Shown here piece by piece: positions 19,568 to 29,105 of a stretch of 64,000 nt of DNA. The position numbers were made by a program, and so were the translations under genes. The DNA comes from an uncultured Chthonomonadaceae bacterium. GTDB lineage: Bacteria; Armatimonadota; Chthonomonadetes; Chthonomonadales; Chthonomonadaceae. Under the pieces are notes generated by a model. That model searched no databases. It saw only the letters and a list, made by a program, of their open reading frames with translations, and was not told where the DNA came from. Location: the NCBI GenBank assembly GCA_963835065.1, contig CAWIEK010000049.1, forward strand, positions 128,001 to 192,000. The letters run 5' to 3'. Every line of letters starts with the position of its first letter. Position 1 is the first letter of the stretch.

Positions 19568-19748
19568 GGGCGCAATTTATTGCGCCCTTTGTCATGCTTG
19601 CGCCCTTCATCTTGATTACTGCGCCCTCACAAGGCGGCGGTAGTCTCTCAGTTGCGGTAGATTGTGAGCGTGAGGCGCATATTATAGGCGTGTGGTAGAT
19701 TGCGGGCGTGATGCATCACCGCCGGTACACATTATTTGAACGGTATTG
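19564..19748. repeat. Degenerate REP doublet with flanking TTTGAACGGTATTG
   Basis: GTAGGGGCGCAATTTATTGCGCCC ... GGGCGTGATGCATCACCGCCGGTAC. Confidence 0.7.
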
Positions 19749-19751
19749 CTC

Positions 19752-20162
19752 TTAACCTCTTGTAGTCGCCAGATCGGATGATTTACGAACGGAGTGTGGC
19801 TTGGCGTTGCCGGATGCAGACACGCGAGTAATGTTTGCCACCGTCACACCGCGTTGTTCGGAATTCGCGGCAGGAGTAACGACAATCTGAACGTTGCAGC
19901 CCAGCGCGTTCAGGAACCTTAACAGGCGGTCATAGGTAAAGTGTGTCAACTGCCCACGCCTGATAGCCGAAATTTTGGATTGGGCCGTACCGAGCAATGT
20001 CGCTGCTTGAGTTTGTGTTAAACCCTGTTCGCGGATCAAGCGCGTAATTTCAATCGCTAAATCGGTTTTTGCCAGTTCTTCCTCCGCGTCAGGGATGGCA
20101 AGGTCGGCAAAGACGTTGCTGGAAGATTTTTCAAACGTAACGTTCTCGCTAGTGTTGCTCAT
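19752..20162 (-). CDS. XRE/HTH_37 antitoxin (HigA-like)
   Basis: SSSNVFADL, GLTQTQAATLLGTAQSKIS, LLRFLNALG; overlaps the toxin stop (ATGA). Confidence 0.9.
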   Translation of the reverse strand: MSNTSENVTFEKSSSNVFADLAIPDAEEELAKTDLAIEITRLIREQGLTQTQAATLLGTAQSKISAIRRGQLTHFTYDRLLRFLNALGCNVQIVVTPAANSEQRGVTVANITRVSASGNAKPHSVRKSSDLATTRG

Positions 20163-20593
20163 TGCTTTCCTTCTTGCTTTTGCTCGGCCTGCTCATAATG
20201 CGCGGCATAGTGGGCTTTTGCGGCTTGCAGGCGGGTTTTTACAAGTTCAATATCTGATTGTGGCGTCGCAATACCGGATTTGGACTTCTTCATAAAAACG
20301 TGCAGCACATACACGGCCTTTTCAAATTTAGCTGCATATACGCACCGGTAAGTGTCACCATCATTACTCACGCGCAGTTTCATTACTTCGCTGGCTGACG
20401 AACCCTCTGCCGGGGTCGCGCCTTCCGGCGTTTCGCGCTTCTGTACCTGCCGCAACTGAAAACCGAACCGGCGGCGTACCGATTCCGGCATTTCAAGCAT
20501 TTCGGAACGGGAACCCGAAGCAAACTGAAGTTCCTTATCTGCTGGAGGTATCAACGGTATAGGAACTACGGTTTCGGAACGTTTTTTCCTCAT
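20159..20593 (-). CDS. RelE/ParE-superfamily toxin (Gp49/HigB-like)
   Basis: DGDTYRCVY...VYVLHVFMKKSKSGIATPQSDIELVKTRL. Confidence 0.9.
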   Translation of the reverse strand: MRKKRSETVVPIPLIPPADKELQFASGSRSEMLEMPESVRRRFGFQLRQVQKRETPEGATPAEGSSASEVMKLRVSNDGDTYRCVYAAKFEKAVYVLHVFMKKSKSGIATPQSDIELVKTRLQAAKAHYAAHYEQAEQKQEGKQ

Positions 20594-20624
20594 AGCTTAT
20601 TATACCAAATAAGTAATAAATTTA

Positions 20625-20801
20625 TGGACAAAGTGCATCTGTCGTTCTACAAGCAGGACGACTTGGGCAATGACGGCGTGTGGGACATCTGGCGTTTGGA
20701 AGGGCCGGGTTTGGTGTGGCATTTCCGGGGAGCGCCGCATGTGCATACCTGGGTGAACGTCGTCAAGGATGCCAAGTTGTCGGACGCCCATACGTAGAGT
20801 T
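20625..20801 (+). pseudogene. Duplicated 3' fragment of the DUF3500 gene
   Basis: Near-identical to 19359-19536; encodes DKVHLSFYKQDD...VVKDAKLSDAHT*. Confidence 0.93.
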
Positions 20802-20830
20802 TACATTTACAGCAGTCTTGATTGCCGTGA

Positions 20831-20871
20831 AGAAACCGCGCCTCGAAGGTACACTTCGAGGCGCGGTTTCT
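20831..20871. terminator. Bidirectional intrinsic terminator
   Basis: agaaaccgcgcctcgaag / cttcgaggcgcggtttct between convergent genes. Confidence 0.8.
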
Positions 20872-20902
20872 ATAGGAGGCTGAGGGTAGTCTTGAAGAAG
20901 GA

Positions 20903-21169
20903 CTACTTGGTGGCTTTGGAGCCGACGCCGCCGTCCGCAGGTCCATTGAAGTTCGGGTTGATGCCGATTGTCGCGCCGCCACCGGAGGAAGGGGCGGCAG
21001 CGTCTTTCTTCGCCGGATTATCGGAGGTGGTTGTACCGGTCGCCGGCGTGGTTGCCGCAGGCGTTGTGGTTCCACTGCTCGATGAGTCCGTATCGCTTTT
21101 GCCGCCACAGCCGATCATCGCGACACTGACAATCCCACACAAGAGCAAAGCAAAGATGCGAGTTTTCAT
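20903..21169 (-). CDS. Small Ser/Thr-rich lipoprotein
   Basis: MKTRIF signal peptide, MIGC lipobox; directly follows the prepilin-like gene. Confidence 0.8.
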   Translation of the reverse strand: MKTRIFALLLCGIVSVAMIGCGGKSDTDSSSSGTTTPAATTPATGTTTSDNPAKKDAAAPSSGGGATIGINPNFNGPADGGVGSKATK

Positions 21170-21171
21170 GG

Positions 21172-22029
21172 TTACGGTCCTGTTACCCACTGGTAGACGG
21201 TCTTGTCGGTCTGCTTGAGCTGGCTCGAGGGAAGCGTTTTGCTCCAGTTGGTTCCCACTGCCGCTTGACCGGGCTGAATGAACTTGACATGTCCGTCGGC
21301 AAAGGCGCAGTTGGCGTTGCCGGATTTGCGCAGGGTCACGCTGCCCGTGAGGTTGCCGGACTCGTAATCCTTAAGCCCGGATGTATTCTGCCAGAAGCCG
21401 CCCGTACCCCAGTTGTCGAAGCAGTAGGGAACGATGGACGCGCAATCCGGCGGATCTACGGTGACCAGGGTCGCAACAGTACCGGCGCCATACCACCAGA
21501 ATTGGTTGCCGAAATCGCCATAGCCCGCGTGACCGGCAAGCATGATCAAAGTGGAGGGACGCGCCAGCGTTGCCAGAGCAGCCGGAACGCGCGGCCAGGG
21601 GTTTTTGCTTGTGTCGCTACTGGGGCTGAGCGCCGTATAGTTGTATCCATACTGCGTCAGGTACGGCCACCAGGAGCTTGCCGGGGAAAAGGAGCCGGCA
21701 ATGGGCGCGCCCAGAGGATCGCCGAAGATTTGGACGTTCTTCTCATAGGGCAGAATGTTCCATGCCCAGGTAGTAACGGCCTGTCCGCCCAGGTTGATGG
21801 GACCCTGAACGCCCCAGTTCATGTCCTGGACAAAGGTTTCATCGTAGTCCTGCACGTACATCAGGACACCGAGGGACTGCTGGCGCAGGTTGCTCTGGGA
21901 GCTTGTGCCGCGCGCCGCTTGCCGCGCTTGGGCGAAGACCGGGAACAGAATGGCTGCCAGGATCGCGATAATGGCGATCACGACGAGCAACTCAATCAGT
22001 GTAAAACCTGACTGAAATTTTCGTTTCAT
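21172..22029 (-). CDS. DUF1559 prepilin-type N-terminal cleavage/methylation protein with H-X9-DG-type C-terminus
   Basis: [48 protein letters not shown]. Confidence 0.95.
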   Translation of the reverse strand: MKRKFQSGFTLIELLVVIAIIAILAAILFPVFAQARQAARGTSSQSNLRQQSLGVLMYVQDYDETFVQDMNWGVQGPINLGGQAVTTWAWNILPYEKNVQIFGDPLGAPIAGSFSPASSWWPYLTQYGYNYTALSPSSDTSKNPWPRVPAALATLARPSTLIMLAGHAGYGDFGNQFWWYGAGTVATLVTVDPPDCASIVPYCFDNWGTGGFWQNTSGLKDYESGNLTGSVTLRKSGNANCAFADGHVKFIQPGQAAVGTNWSKTLPSSQLKQTDKTVYQWVTGP

Positions 22030-22462
22030 GATTTCTCTCCGTTAGGTGAATGGTTTGTTAGGTCAAACCAGAAGGATAGCGTATGAGAAGCGAACACAAT
22101 TTAGGGGCAGGGCTGAAATATGGAAAATTATGAAATAGTTCAGTGAACGCACATTCAGGCTGCCTGTAGTCTAGCAATCACCTTCTTTCACAAATTGAAC
22201 AGTTTAACATGCGTTCCGTTTCTAAAACGAAAATACCACGCAACAAGAGAAACGCTCAAGGAAATGTTTGTGAGTTTCTCGCTTGCGTGGCTGCATCGCC
22301 TGCAATGTCTGTCTGTCTTATGTGAGGTATTATCCCGGAAATAGGCTCAAATGTCAAGGGCTATTATCGAAGTTGGCACAAAATTTATGAAATTTGTACT
22401 AAATCCACGTATGAAGCTCTTTACAATCGTATTTTTAGGCTTTGGAGGTTATCAGAGCGTTG

Positions 22463-23128
22463 TCAAAGGGAGGATGGAAAGTGACGGCGCTGCCACCATG
22501 CTGCGTCAAATGTTTCTAATAGCCTGCCTACTTCGCAGAGCGGCAGCCCAACAACATTGAAAAAATCGCCGTCAAAACTTTCGATGAAAGGAGCCGCATA
22601 ACCTTGCGCGCCATACGCCCCGGCTTTATCGCGCGGCTCTCCTGTAGCGATGTAGTCGAGGATCATGGCTTCGGAAAGCGGACGGAAGCGGACGCGCGTA
22701 CACACGGCAGACGTGACATGGGGCGCGCTCCAGTCGTTGCGGCCTGCGGTCAGGATTGCGACGCCGGTATACACCCGATGCGTTCGCCCGGACAACTGCT
22801 GTAACATGCGCAAAGCATCCCGGTCATCGGCAGGCTTGCCCAGAGGAACGCCCCACTCCGAATCGTCGGGCGTGACAAGCGTATCCGCGCCAAGCACCAG
22901 CCCACCTGTCACGCGGCTTGCCACTTCCTGCGCCTTATTCGCGGCAAGCTGCATGACGTAAGCAGGCATGTCAATGGGAACAACAGGAGACGGCGGCTCC
23001 TCATAGCGGCTGGGCACGACTGTGAAAGGCAAGCCAAGCAGCGCAATCAGTTCCCTCCGTCGCGGCGACGCCGAAGCCAATATCAACCCCGGCTCAATTG
23101 CCGTCCGTTTGACTTCTTCATCCTTCAT
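22463..23128 (-). CDS. maf: Maf family nucleotide pyrophosphatase
   Basis: LILASASPRRRELI, GADT, LGKP, DKAGAYG, NVVGLP. Confidence 0.95.
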   Translation of the reverse strand: MKDEEVKRTAIEPGLILASASPRRRELIALLGLPFTVVPSRYEEPPSPVVPIDMPAYVMQLAANKAQEVASRVTGGLVLGADTLVTPDDSEWGVPLGKPADDRDALRMLQQLSGRTHRVYTGVAILTAGRNDWSAPHVTSAVCTRVRFRPLSEAMILDYIATGEPRDKAGAYGAQGYAAPFIESFDGDFFNVVGLPLCEVGRLLETFDAAWWQRRHFPSSL

Positions 23129-23144
23129 CCTTCATCCTTCATTC

Positions 23145-23723
23145 TTAAATCAAATCCGCCGCCGTGATGATACTTTGCGCGATTTCGCGCATTTTCTTGT
23201 TCTGATTCCGCGCCTGGAAATGAATGCGCTTGAAGGCTTCTTCTTCGCTCATACGATGGCGATCCATGAGAATGCCTTTGGCGCGCTCGATCAGTTTGCG
23301 TGTTTCCAGCGTTTCCTTCAGCTCATCAATTTCTTTGGTTTGATTCATAATCTGCCGGAAGCGGCGAACGGCCATTTCCAGCGCGGGGGCCAGGTCTTCC
23401 TTGCGAAACGGCTTCATGAGGTACGCAAGCGCGCCCGTATCGCTGGCCTGCTCCACCAGTTCCTGTTCGTTAAAACTGCTGAGGAACAGAATGGCGCAGG
23501 GGGTTTCGTTGAGGATGCGGCGCGCAGCCTCAATGCCGTCCATCACGGGCATTTTGATGTCCATGATAATCACGTCGGGCTTGTGGATGCGCGCGGCTTC
23601 AATGGCCTGTGCGCCGTCGCCTGCTTCCGCAATGACAACATGGCCCAGTTTTTCCAAACGCGCCCTAATAATGGTGCGGGTGAGCTGCTCGTCTTCTGCA
23701 ATGACTGCTTTTAAGGGTTCCAT
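23145..23723 (-). CDS. ANTAR-domain response regulator
   Basis: Receiver domain (AEDE, MDIKMPVMDG, KPF) followed by RKLIERAKGILM...EEEAF. Confidence 0.95.
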   Translation of the reverse strand: MEPLKAVIAEDEQLTRTIIRARLEKLGHVVIAEAGDGAQAIEAARIHKPDVIIMDIKMPVMDGIEAARRILNETPCAILFLSSFNEQELVEQASDTGALAYLMKPFRKEDLAPALEMAVRRFRQIMNQTKEIDELKETLETRKLIERAKGILMDRHRMSEEEAFKRIHFQARNQNKKMREIAQSIITAADLI

Positions 23724-23777
23724 AAACTCTATGCTCCTACATCATGGCGCAGTGGGGCTTTACCGCTTGTGCCTGCT

Positions 23778-23857
23778 AAGTTGATAGTTGATAGTTCGTA
23801 GTTGATAGGAATGCAGGAGCTAGGAACTATCAACTATCAACTATCAACTATCAACTT
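23778..23857. repeat. Heptamer-tandem inverted repeat (AGTTGAT / ATCAACT)
   Basis: aagttgatagttgatagttcgtagttgatag ... ctatcaactatcaactatcaactatcaactt; the same unit occurs at 41406-41442 and 41878-41932. Confidence 0.9.
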
Positions 23858-24116
23858 CCTGGCGCAAACCCCTCCACCTTCCTGACTTCTTGATCCAGGC
23901 AAAAAGGACTATTGAAGAGAGTAGTTTGCCGGTGACTTCTTAATTACGCGCCGTTGGCAAAAATTCCTGCATTGTTCCCGATTTTTGTGGCAGTCTTGAA
24001 AATAGCCCTCATCCCCAGCCTTGTCTCCCCAATTTGGGAGAAAGGGAGGCGCTTTTCATGCGCAAAGGGACGCGAAGCGCATGAAGATTGTACACAAAAG
24101 AAAAAATATACAAAAA

Positions 24117-24149
24117 GGACGTAAGGAACTGAGGTAGTTCCTTACGTCC
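24117..24149 (-). terminator. Intrinsic terminator of the KGG gene
   Basis: ggacgtaaggaact / agttccttacgtcc followed by a T-run on the minus strand. Confidence 0.8.
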
Positions 24150-24190
24150 CATCGCGCTTGAATTTTTGTTTGCTGCCAGGTGGAAATAGT

Positions 24191-24496
24191 TTAGCGGCTG
24201 CGGTCGCCCACTGTGGCGACTTCGCCGCGAGATTGTCCGCCCTTGCGTCCAATATCGGCCATGTGCTGACGGTCGCGGGAAACGGCTTCGCCCCCCTTAC
24301 GCCCGATAGCGGCCATGTGTTCGCGGTCACGCGCCACTTTCTGGCCTCCTTTACGCCCGGCTTCGGCATGGCCTTCCGGGTTTCCGTGCCAGCCGCGCCC
24401 GCCTGCGTCCTGCTGAGAGGATTCATGCTCACGCGCCTGTGTCTCTGTGTCCTGCGGGGAAGCGGTATTCGCGCTTGGTGTTCGTTTCGCTGCCAT
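24191..24496 (-). CDS. KGG-repeat general stress protein
   Basis: GWHGNPEGHAEAGRKGG and two DRxHMAxIGRKGG repeats; AGGAG SD. Confidence 0.88.
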   Translation of the reverse strand: MAAKRTPSANTASPQDTETQAREHESSQQDAGGRGWHGNPEGHAEAGRKGGQKVARDREHMAAIGRKGGEAVSRDRQHMADIGRKGGQSRGEVATVGDRSR

Positions 24497-24829
24497 TGCT
24501 GCTGCTCCTGTATTGCGTGGTGCCGGATACGTTCGTTTACCGTCGAGAGTAAACTGCAAGTGGAAGGCTGCGGGCAGGACAGCGGCGGAAACATGAGATA
24601 TGAGGAACAAAATCGTAAACGTTTAGCGGACAGTCCGATGTTCCGCCGTGATTGCCTGCGCAAGCATCCCGCTTTCGGTGCAAGGACGGCCTTAACAGGC
24701 GGCTTGTTCCTGAAAAAAGCGCGGCTATCGTGTAAATTTTCGGCAGTTTACATCCGCCTACAGGTTTGTATGGCACGGTGGCGTAATGGGAATCCAGTAT
24801 TTGCGCGGGGATAAAATAAGTAAGCATTC

Positions 24830-24980
24830 GTAGGGACACAACATGTTGTGTCCTCCTGCGGCAGCGTGTCCTCCTGCGGCAGCGTGTCCTCCTGCGGGGA
24901 TAGATGAGAACGCGGGCACAATATTACCAATGTGGACACAACATGTTGTGTCCCTACGAACGCTGTTTTGAACGGTATTG
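24830..24980. repeat. REP doublet with internal 18 bp tandem repeat and flanking TTTGAACGGTATTG
   Basis: GTAGGGACACAACATGTTGTGTCC ... GGACACAACATGTTGTGTCCCTAC; gtgtcctcctgcggcagc about three times. Confidence 0.88.
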
Positions 24981-24990
24981 GGGTTAAAAC

Positions 24991-25030
24991 GCATACAGCA
25001 GCAAACCGTGAGAAATTTGCTGCTGTATGC
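24991..25030 (-). terminator. pnp terminator
   Basis: gcatacagcagcaaa / tttgctgctgtatgc. Confidence 0.8.
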
Positions 25031-25050
25031 GATGCTTGGTTCAAGAGGTA

Positions 25051-27378
25051 CTAGCGTCGCGGGCGGAAACGAGCCTTGGGCACGTCGTCGCCTTCCTCTT
25101 CTTCGGGCGGCGCTTGCGGCTGTGGTTCCGGGCGCGGGGCGCGGTCACGGTCGTTGAAGCGCGGGCCGCCTCTGTCGCCGCCCCTGTCGCCACCCCGGTC
25201 ACGGTCGCCGAAGCGTCCGCCACCACCCCCGCTGCCACGATCATTGCGGTCGCGGGGCGGGCGTCCATCATCCGGGCGCTTTGCCATGTTCGCGTCGAAG
25301 GGCTGATCCAGATTGATGGCCGACAGGTTGATGCGTCCCTGCTGATCCACTTCGATAACGCGCACCTGTATCTCGTCGCCCACTTTGACGGCTTCTTCGG
25401 GACGGCGCACGGGCGGGTTTTTCAAATGGCTGACATGAACCAGTCCTTCGCGTCCGGGCATGATTTCCACGAATGCGCCCATGCCGATAAGCCGGGTTAC
25501 TTTACCCGTGAACAGGCCGCCCACTTCCATTTCGCCGACCATGCCCAGGATGATGTCGGCTGCGCGCCGGCCCGCTTCCTGATCCACTGCGGCGATAAAG
25601 ATTTTGCCGTCCTGCTGAATGTCAATCTGCGCGCCCGTATCCGCCGTGATCTTCTTGATCATCTTGCCGCCCGGGCCGATGACTTCGCCGATGCGCTCAG
25701 GATTGATGACGATGGTGAAGATGGAAGGCGCGTACTTGCTCAGGTGTTCGCGGGGCGCGGCAAGGGCATCCGTGATTTTGCCCAGGATGTGCAGCCTGCC
25801 GATGCGGGCCTGTTCCAGCGCCTGCACCATGACTTCGCGGGGTAGCCCCTGAATTTTGCAGTCCAGCTGAATGGCGGTCACGCCGTCAGCCGTTCCGGCC
25901 ACTTTGAAGTCCATGTCGCCCGAAAAGTCTTCCATGCCCTGAATGTCGGAAAGCACGGCAAACTTGTCATCCAGCGTCATCAAGCCCATAGCGATACCGG
26001 CAACCGGAGCGGAGATTTTCACGCCCGCGTCCATCAGCGCAAGCGTGGAACCGCATACGGACGCCATAGACGTAGAGCCGTTGGATTCCAGCACTTCGCT
26101 TTGCAGCAGCATGGCGTAGGGGAATTCTTCCGTGGGCGGGAGTACGGGAACCAGGGCGCGCTCTGCCAATGCGCCGTGTCCGATTTCGCGCCGTCCCGCG
26201 CCGCGCAGGGGGCGCACTTCGCCAACGGAATAGGGCGCGAAGTTGTAGTAGTGCATGTACTGCTTCTTCTCGTCCACTTCCAGATTGTCCACAACCTGCG
26301 CTTCGCTGGTCGCGCCCAATGTCAGGCACGTCAGGACTTGCGTTTGACCGCGCGTGAACAAGCCCGTGCCGTGTACGCGGGGCAATAAACCGACTTCGCA
26401 GGTAATAGGACGAATCTCGTCTACCTTGCGGCCATCGGGACGAATGCCTTCCTCAATGATGAGGGCGCGAATCTGGTGCTTGATGGCTTTTTCCGCGGCA
26501 TCGGCAATGTCGCTCTTCTGCTCGGGAAATTCCGCCAGTAGCTGCGCGACGATTTCTTTCTTCAGGTCGCCGATAGCCGATTCGCGGGCGGCTTTGTCCG
26601 GGTTCTGAATGGTGGCGCGGATGTTAGCGTCCATCTGGTCGTGGATGGCCTGCATAATGGCTTTGTCGGGCAGATGAAGCGTGACTTCCATCTTTTGAAC
26701 GCCTACTTTTGTCGCCAATTCCTCCTGCATATCGCACTGCAGGCCGATCACTTCATGGGCAGCGTCAATGGCGTTCATCAGGTCGGTTTCATTGACGAAG
26801 TTGGTTCCGGCTTCGATCATCAAGACCGCTTTTTTGGTTCCCGCAACCACTAAATCCATGTCCGACTCGCCCAATTCGGCAAGCGTGGGGTTCATAATCA
26901 GCTTGCCGTCCACGCGCCCGACCCGCACGGCTCCGATGGGACCGCCGAAGGGAATGTTGGATACGGTCAGGGCGGCGCTGGCGGCAACCATAGCGAGGGT
27001 ATCGGAAAGGTTGTCGGCATCCACGCTGAGGGGCAGGGCGATCACTTGAACGTCATTGCGCATACCATCGGGGAACAGGGGACGCAGCGGGCGGTCAATC
27101 AAACGGGACGTCAGGACGGCTTTTTCGGAGGGCTTGCCGCCGCGCTTGACAAAGCCGCCGGGGATTTTGCCGACTGCGTACTTGCGCTCTTCGTAGTCGC
27201 AGGTAAGGGGGAAGAAATCAATACCCAAGCGGGGTTCCTGGCTCATGGTGGCGGTCGCCATAACAATGGTTTCGCCCTGATACAGCCAGACCGCGCCGTT
27301 GGCCTGCTTGGCGACTTTGCCCGTTTCCAGGCGCAAAGTCCGTCCGGCCAATTCACGCTCGACGGTGATAGACAACAT
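25051..27378 (-). CDS. pnp: Polyribonucleotide nucleotidyltransferase
   Basis: DFFPLT, SRLIDRPLRPLF, RREIGHG, ESNGSTSMAS, GDMDFKVAG, KH and S1 domains. Confidence 0.98.
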   Translation of the reverse strand: MLSITVERELAGRTLRLETGKVAKQANGAVWLYQGETIVMATATMSQEPRLGIDFFPLTCDYEERKYAVGKIPGGFVKRGGKPSEKAVLTSRLIDRPLRPLFPDGMRNDVQVIALPLSVDADNLSDTLAMVAASAALTVSNIPFGGPIGAVRVGRVDGKLIMNPTLAELGESDMDLVVAGTKKAVLMIEAGTNFVNETDLMNAIDAAHEVIGLQCDMQEELATKVGVQKMEVTLHLPDKAIMQAIHDQMDANIRATIQNPDKAARESAIGDLKKEIVAQLLAEFPEQKSDIADAAEKAIKHQIRALIIEEGIRPDGRKVDEIRPITCEVGLLPRVHGTGLFTRGQTQVLTCLTLGATSEAQVVDNLEVDEKKQYMHYYNFAPYSVGEVRPLRGAGRREIGHGALAERALVPVLPPTEEFPYAMLLQSEVLESNGSTSMASVCGSTLALMDAGVKISAPVAGIAMGLMTLDDKFAVLSDIQGMEDFSGDMDFKVAGTADGVTAIQLDCKIQGLPREVMVQALEQARIGRLHILGKITDALAAPREHLSKYAPSIFTIVINPERIGEVIGPGGKMIKKITADTGAQIDIQQDGKIFIAAVDQEAGRRAADIILGMVGEMEVGGLFTGKVTRLIGMGAFVEIMPGREGLVHVSHLKNPPVRRPEEAVKVGDEIQVRVIEVDQQGRINLSAINLDQPFDANMAKRPDDGRPPRDRNDRGSGGGGGRFGDRDRGGDRGGDRGGPRFNDRDRAPRPEPQPQAPPEEEEGDDVPKARFRPRR

Positions 27379-27852
27379 ATTCTCCTGAGTGAGTGGCGCG
27401 AAACTACAGGCGTGTTGTCCCGCCTAAAGCCGTCTTCGCCGACATCCGAATCAAAAGAAACGGCTGCCGCAATGCGGCGAGCGCAAGCCGGGACAACCAC
27501 CAACCTATTTAGTTCCTGCCGCAAGTGAGCAAAGACAGTCGGCATTCCGAGATGATTGCAGGAGACTGACAAGGGAAGATAGGGGTCAGGGAAAACGGAC
27601 AGAATCCGCTTACCCTGAACCCTGCGTTCATGTCAGGCGTGGCTGCGTTTGAATGGTAGCCGACTGTCGGGCGGGCGCAATGCGATTGGCAAAGACGCCC
27701 TTACAATTTGTCTGAACACGGAAAATGAAATGTTTGGTGTTGAGCCTTATATATTAAGGGTAAGGTTCAAACGTGTTCAGGCGGTACGATAAAACTTGGA
27801 CAAGCGAAACAGCAAGAAAATCTAAGCCGCACAGCGCAAAGGCTGTGTGAAC

Positions 27853-28128
27853 TTAGATTTTGCTGCGAATGTTCAGCTTGCCGACCAGAGCGCGGTAGCG
27901 ATCAATGTCCGTAGCAACCAGATACGACAGCATCCGTTTGCGGCGTCCAACCATCATAAACAATCCCCGGCGGGAGTGATGATCGTGCTTGTGTTCGCGC
28001 AGGTGATCGGTCAGTTGGTTGATGCGGGCGGTCAGCAAAGCGACCTGCACTTCCGGGGAACCGGTGTCGGTTTCGGTCAGCGCATTGCCGGTAATCACGG
28101 TTTTCTTAAAATCTTTCTTCAGCGGCAC
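27853..28128 (-). CDS. rpsO: 30S ribosomal protein S15
   Basis: [13 protein letters not shown]...[11 protein letters not shown] start after AGGAGG. Confidence 0.97.
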   Translation of the reverse strand: MPLKKDFKKTVITGNALTETDTGSPEVQVALLTARINQLTDHLREHKHDHHSRRGLFMMVGRRKRMLSYLVATDIDRYRALVGKLNIRSKI

Positions 28129-28233
28129 TCGAAAAACCTCCTTTTGAGCCTAATACTACACAGTTTAGCATAGTTTCAAAGAGAAGTCAAAGCGGCAAGG
28201 CATATTTATTCACTCGGCTTGCCGAAGACGACG

Positions 28234-28872
28234 TTAAGGACAGGCGTTGGAGCGCGTAAGCCGAACGGAATGGGAAAAGGCGGAGGCAGTAAGGGGAACA
28301 GGGAGGCGAGGAGGATGTAGCAGCGGTGTGGAGCCGGAAGCGGGAAGCAGAAACGAGGCGGGTGTCAGGCGAATGGCCCGTTTTGAGGCGGAAGTGGATA
28401 ACAGGGAAGCCGAGTAAGCGGAATTGTCAGGCATCCTGTTAAAAGGATTCACGGATACGGAACCGGGTACGGCGATACTTCTGCGCCCGTTGCTGTAACC
28501 GAGCCAGTAACTCGACCATAAGGAGGTAATCACGGCGACCAATCCGGCTATTCCGGTGGCGAAGCGCATCCATCGGGTGCGGGCGTGTACGCGGTGCGCG
28601 GCAAAGGCGACGGCTTCTACGGGCACGGACGGCAGGGCGTCCATGATGTTGTCTACGGCAGCTTCAAAGTGTAAGGACGACGGGAGCGGCGTACTCTCAC
28701 GCCACTCCCGCTCTATGGTTTCATCAACTGTTGACATGGCTTCCAAAATCTCGGCGCAATGGGGGCATTGTTTCAGGTGCGCGCCGACAAGTCGGGTCTG
28801 ATCGGAATCCAGTTCGCCATCGAGATACGCGGATAGATTTGCCGCGATAAAGTTGCAGCCTTGTGCTTCCAT
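28234..28872 (-). CDS. Zinc-finger (zf-HC2) anti-sigma factor with one TM helix; start may be further upstream
   Basis: LSAYLDGEL...HLKQCPHC (HxxxCxxC); downstream of an ECF sigma gene. Confidence 0.88.
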   Translation of the reverse strand: MEAQGCNFIAANLSAYLDGELDSDQTRLVGAHLKQCPHCAEILEAMSTVDETIEREWRESTPLPSSLHFEAAVDNIMDALPSVPVEAVAFAAHRVHARTRWMRFATGIAGLVAVITSLWSSYWLGYSNGRRSIAVPGSVSVNPFNRMPDNSAYSASLLSTSASKRAIRLTPASFLLPASGSTPLLHPPRLPVPLTASAFSHSVRLTRSNACP

Positions 28873-29105
28873 GTCGGTGTCCTGCAGCGAGCGTGTCCCG
28901 GCTGGAAAAAACGCGGGATCGCTGAAAAAGGATTTATCGCCGCCTGCCAAAAGGACAGACGGCGAATAAGGTTGATGTTGTGTCGGGTTGGAAGGCGCGT
29001 CATAGGACGCGCCCGGCGTCGTCGCGGTCTGCGGCTGGCGCTTGCTATTATGGTCTTCGTCACGGGTGACAAAGGCGTTATTGGCGTTTTTACCAAAGTT
29101 GCGGT

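Noticed and set aside
22030..23777. ANTAR dual-hairpin target near the ANTAR regulator
   Set aside because: I could not identify two tandem hexaloop hairpins overlapping a terminator by eye
24771..24830. GGCACGGTGGCGTAATGG resembling a tRNA 5' end
   Set aside because: No T-loop GTTCRA, acceptor stem complement or cloverleaf
24848..24897. 18 bp repeats as a possible CRISPR array
   Set aside because: The repeats are head-to-tail with no spacers, lie inside a REP doublet, and no cas genes are present
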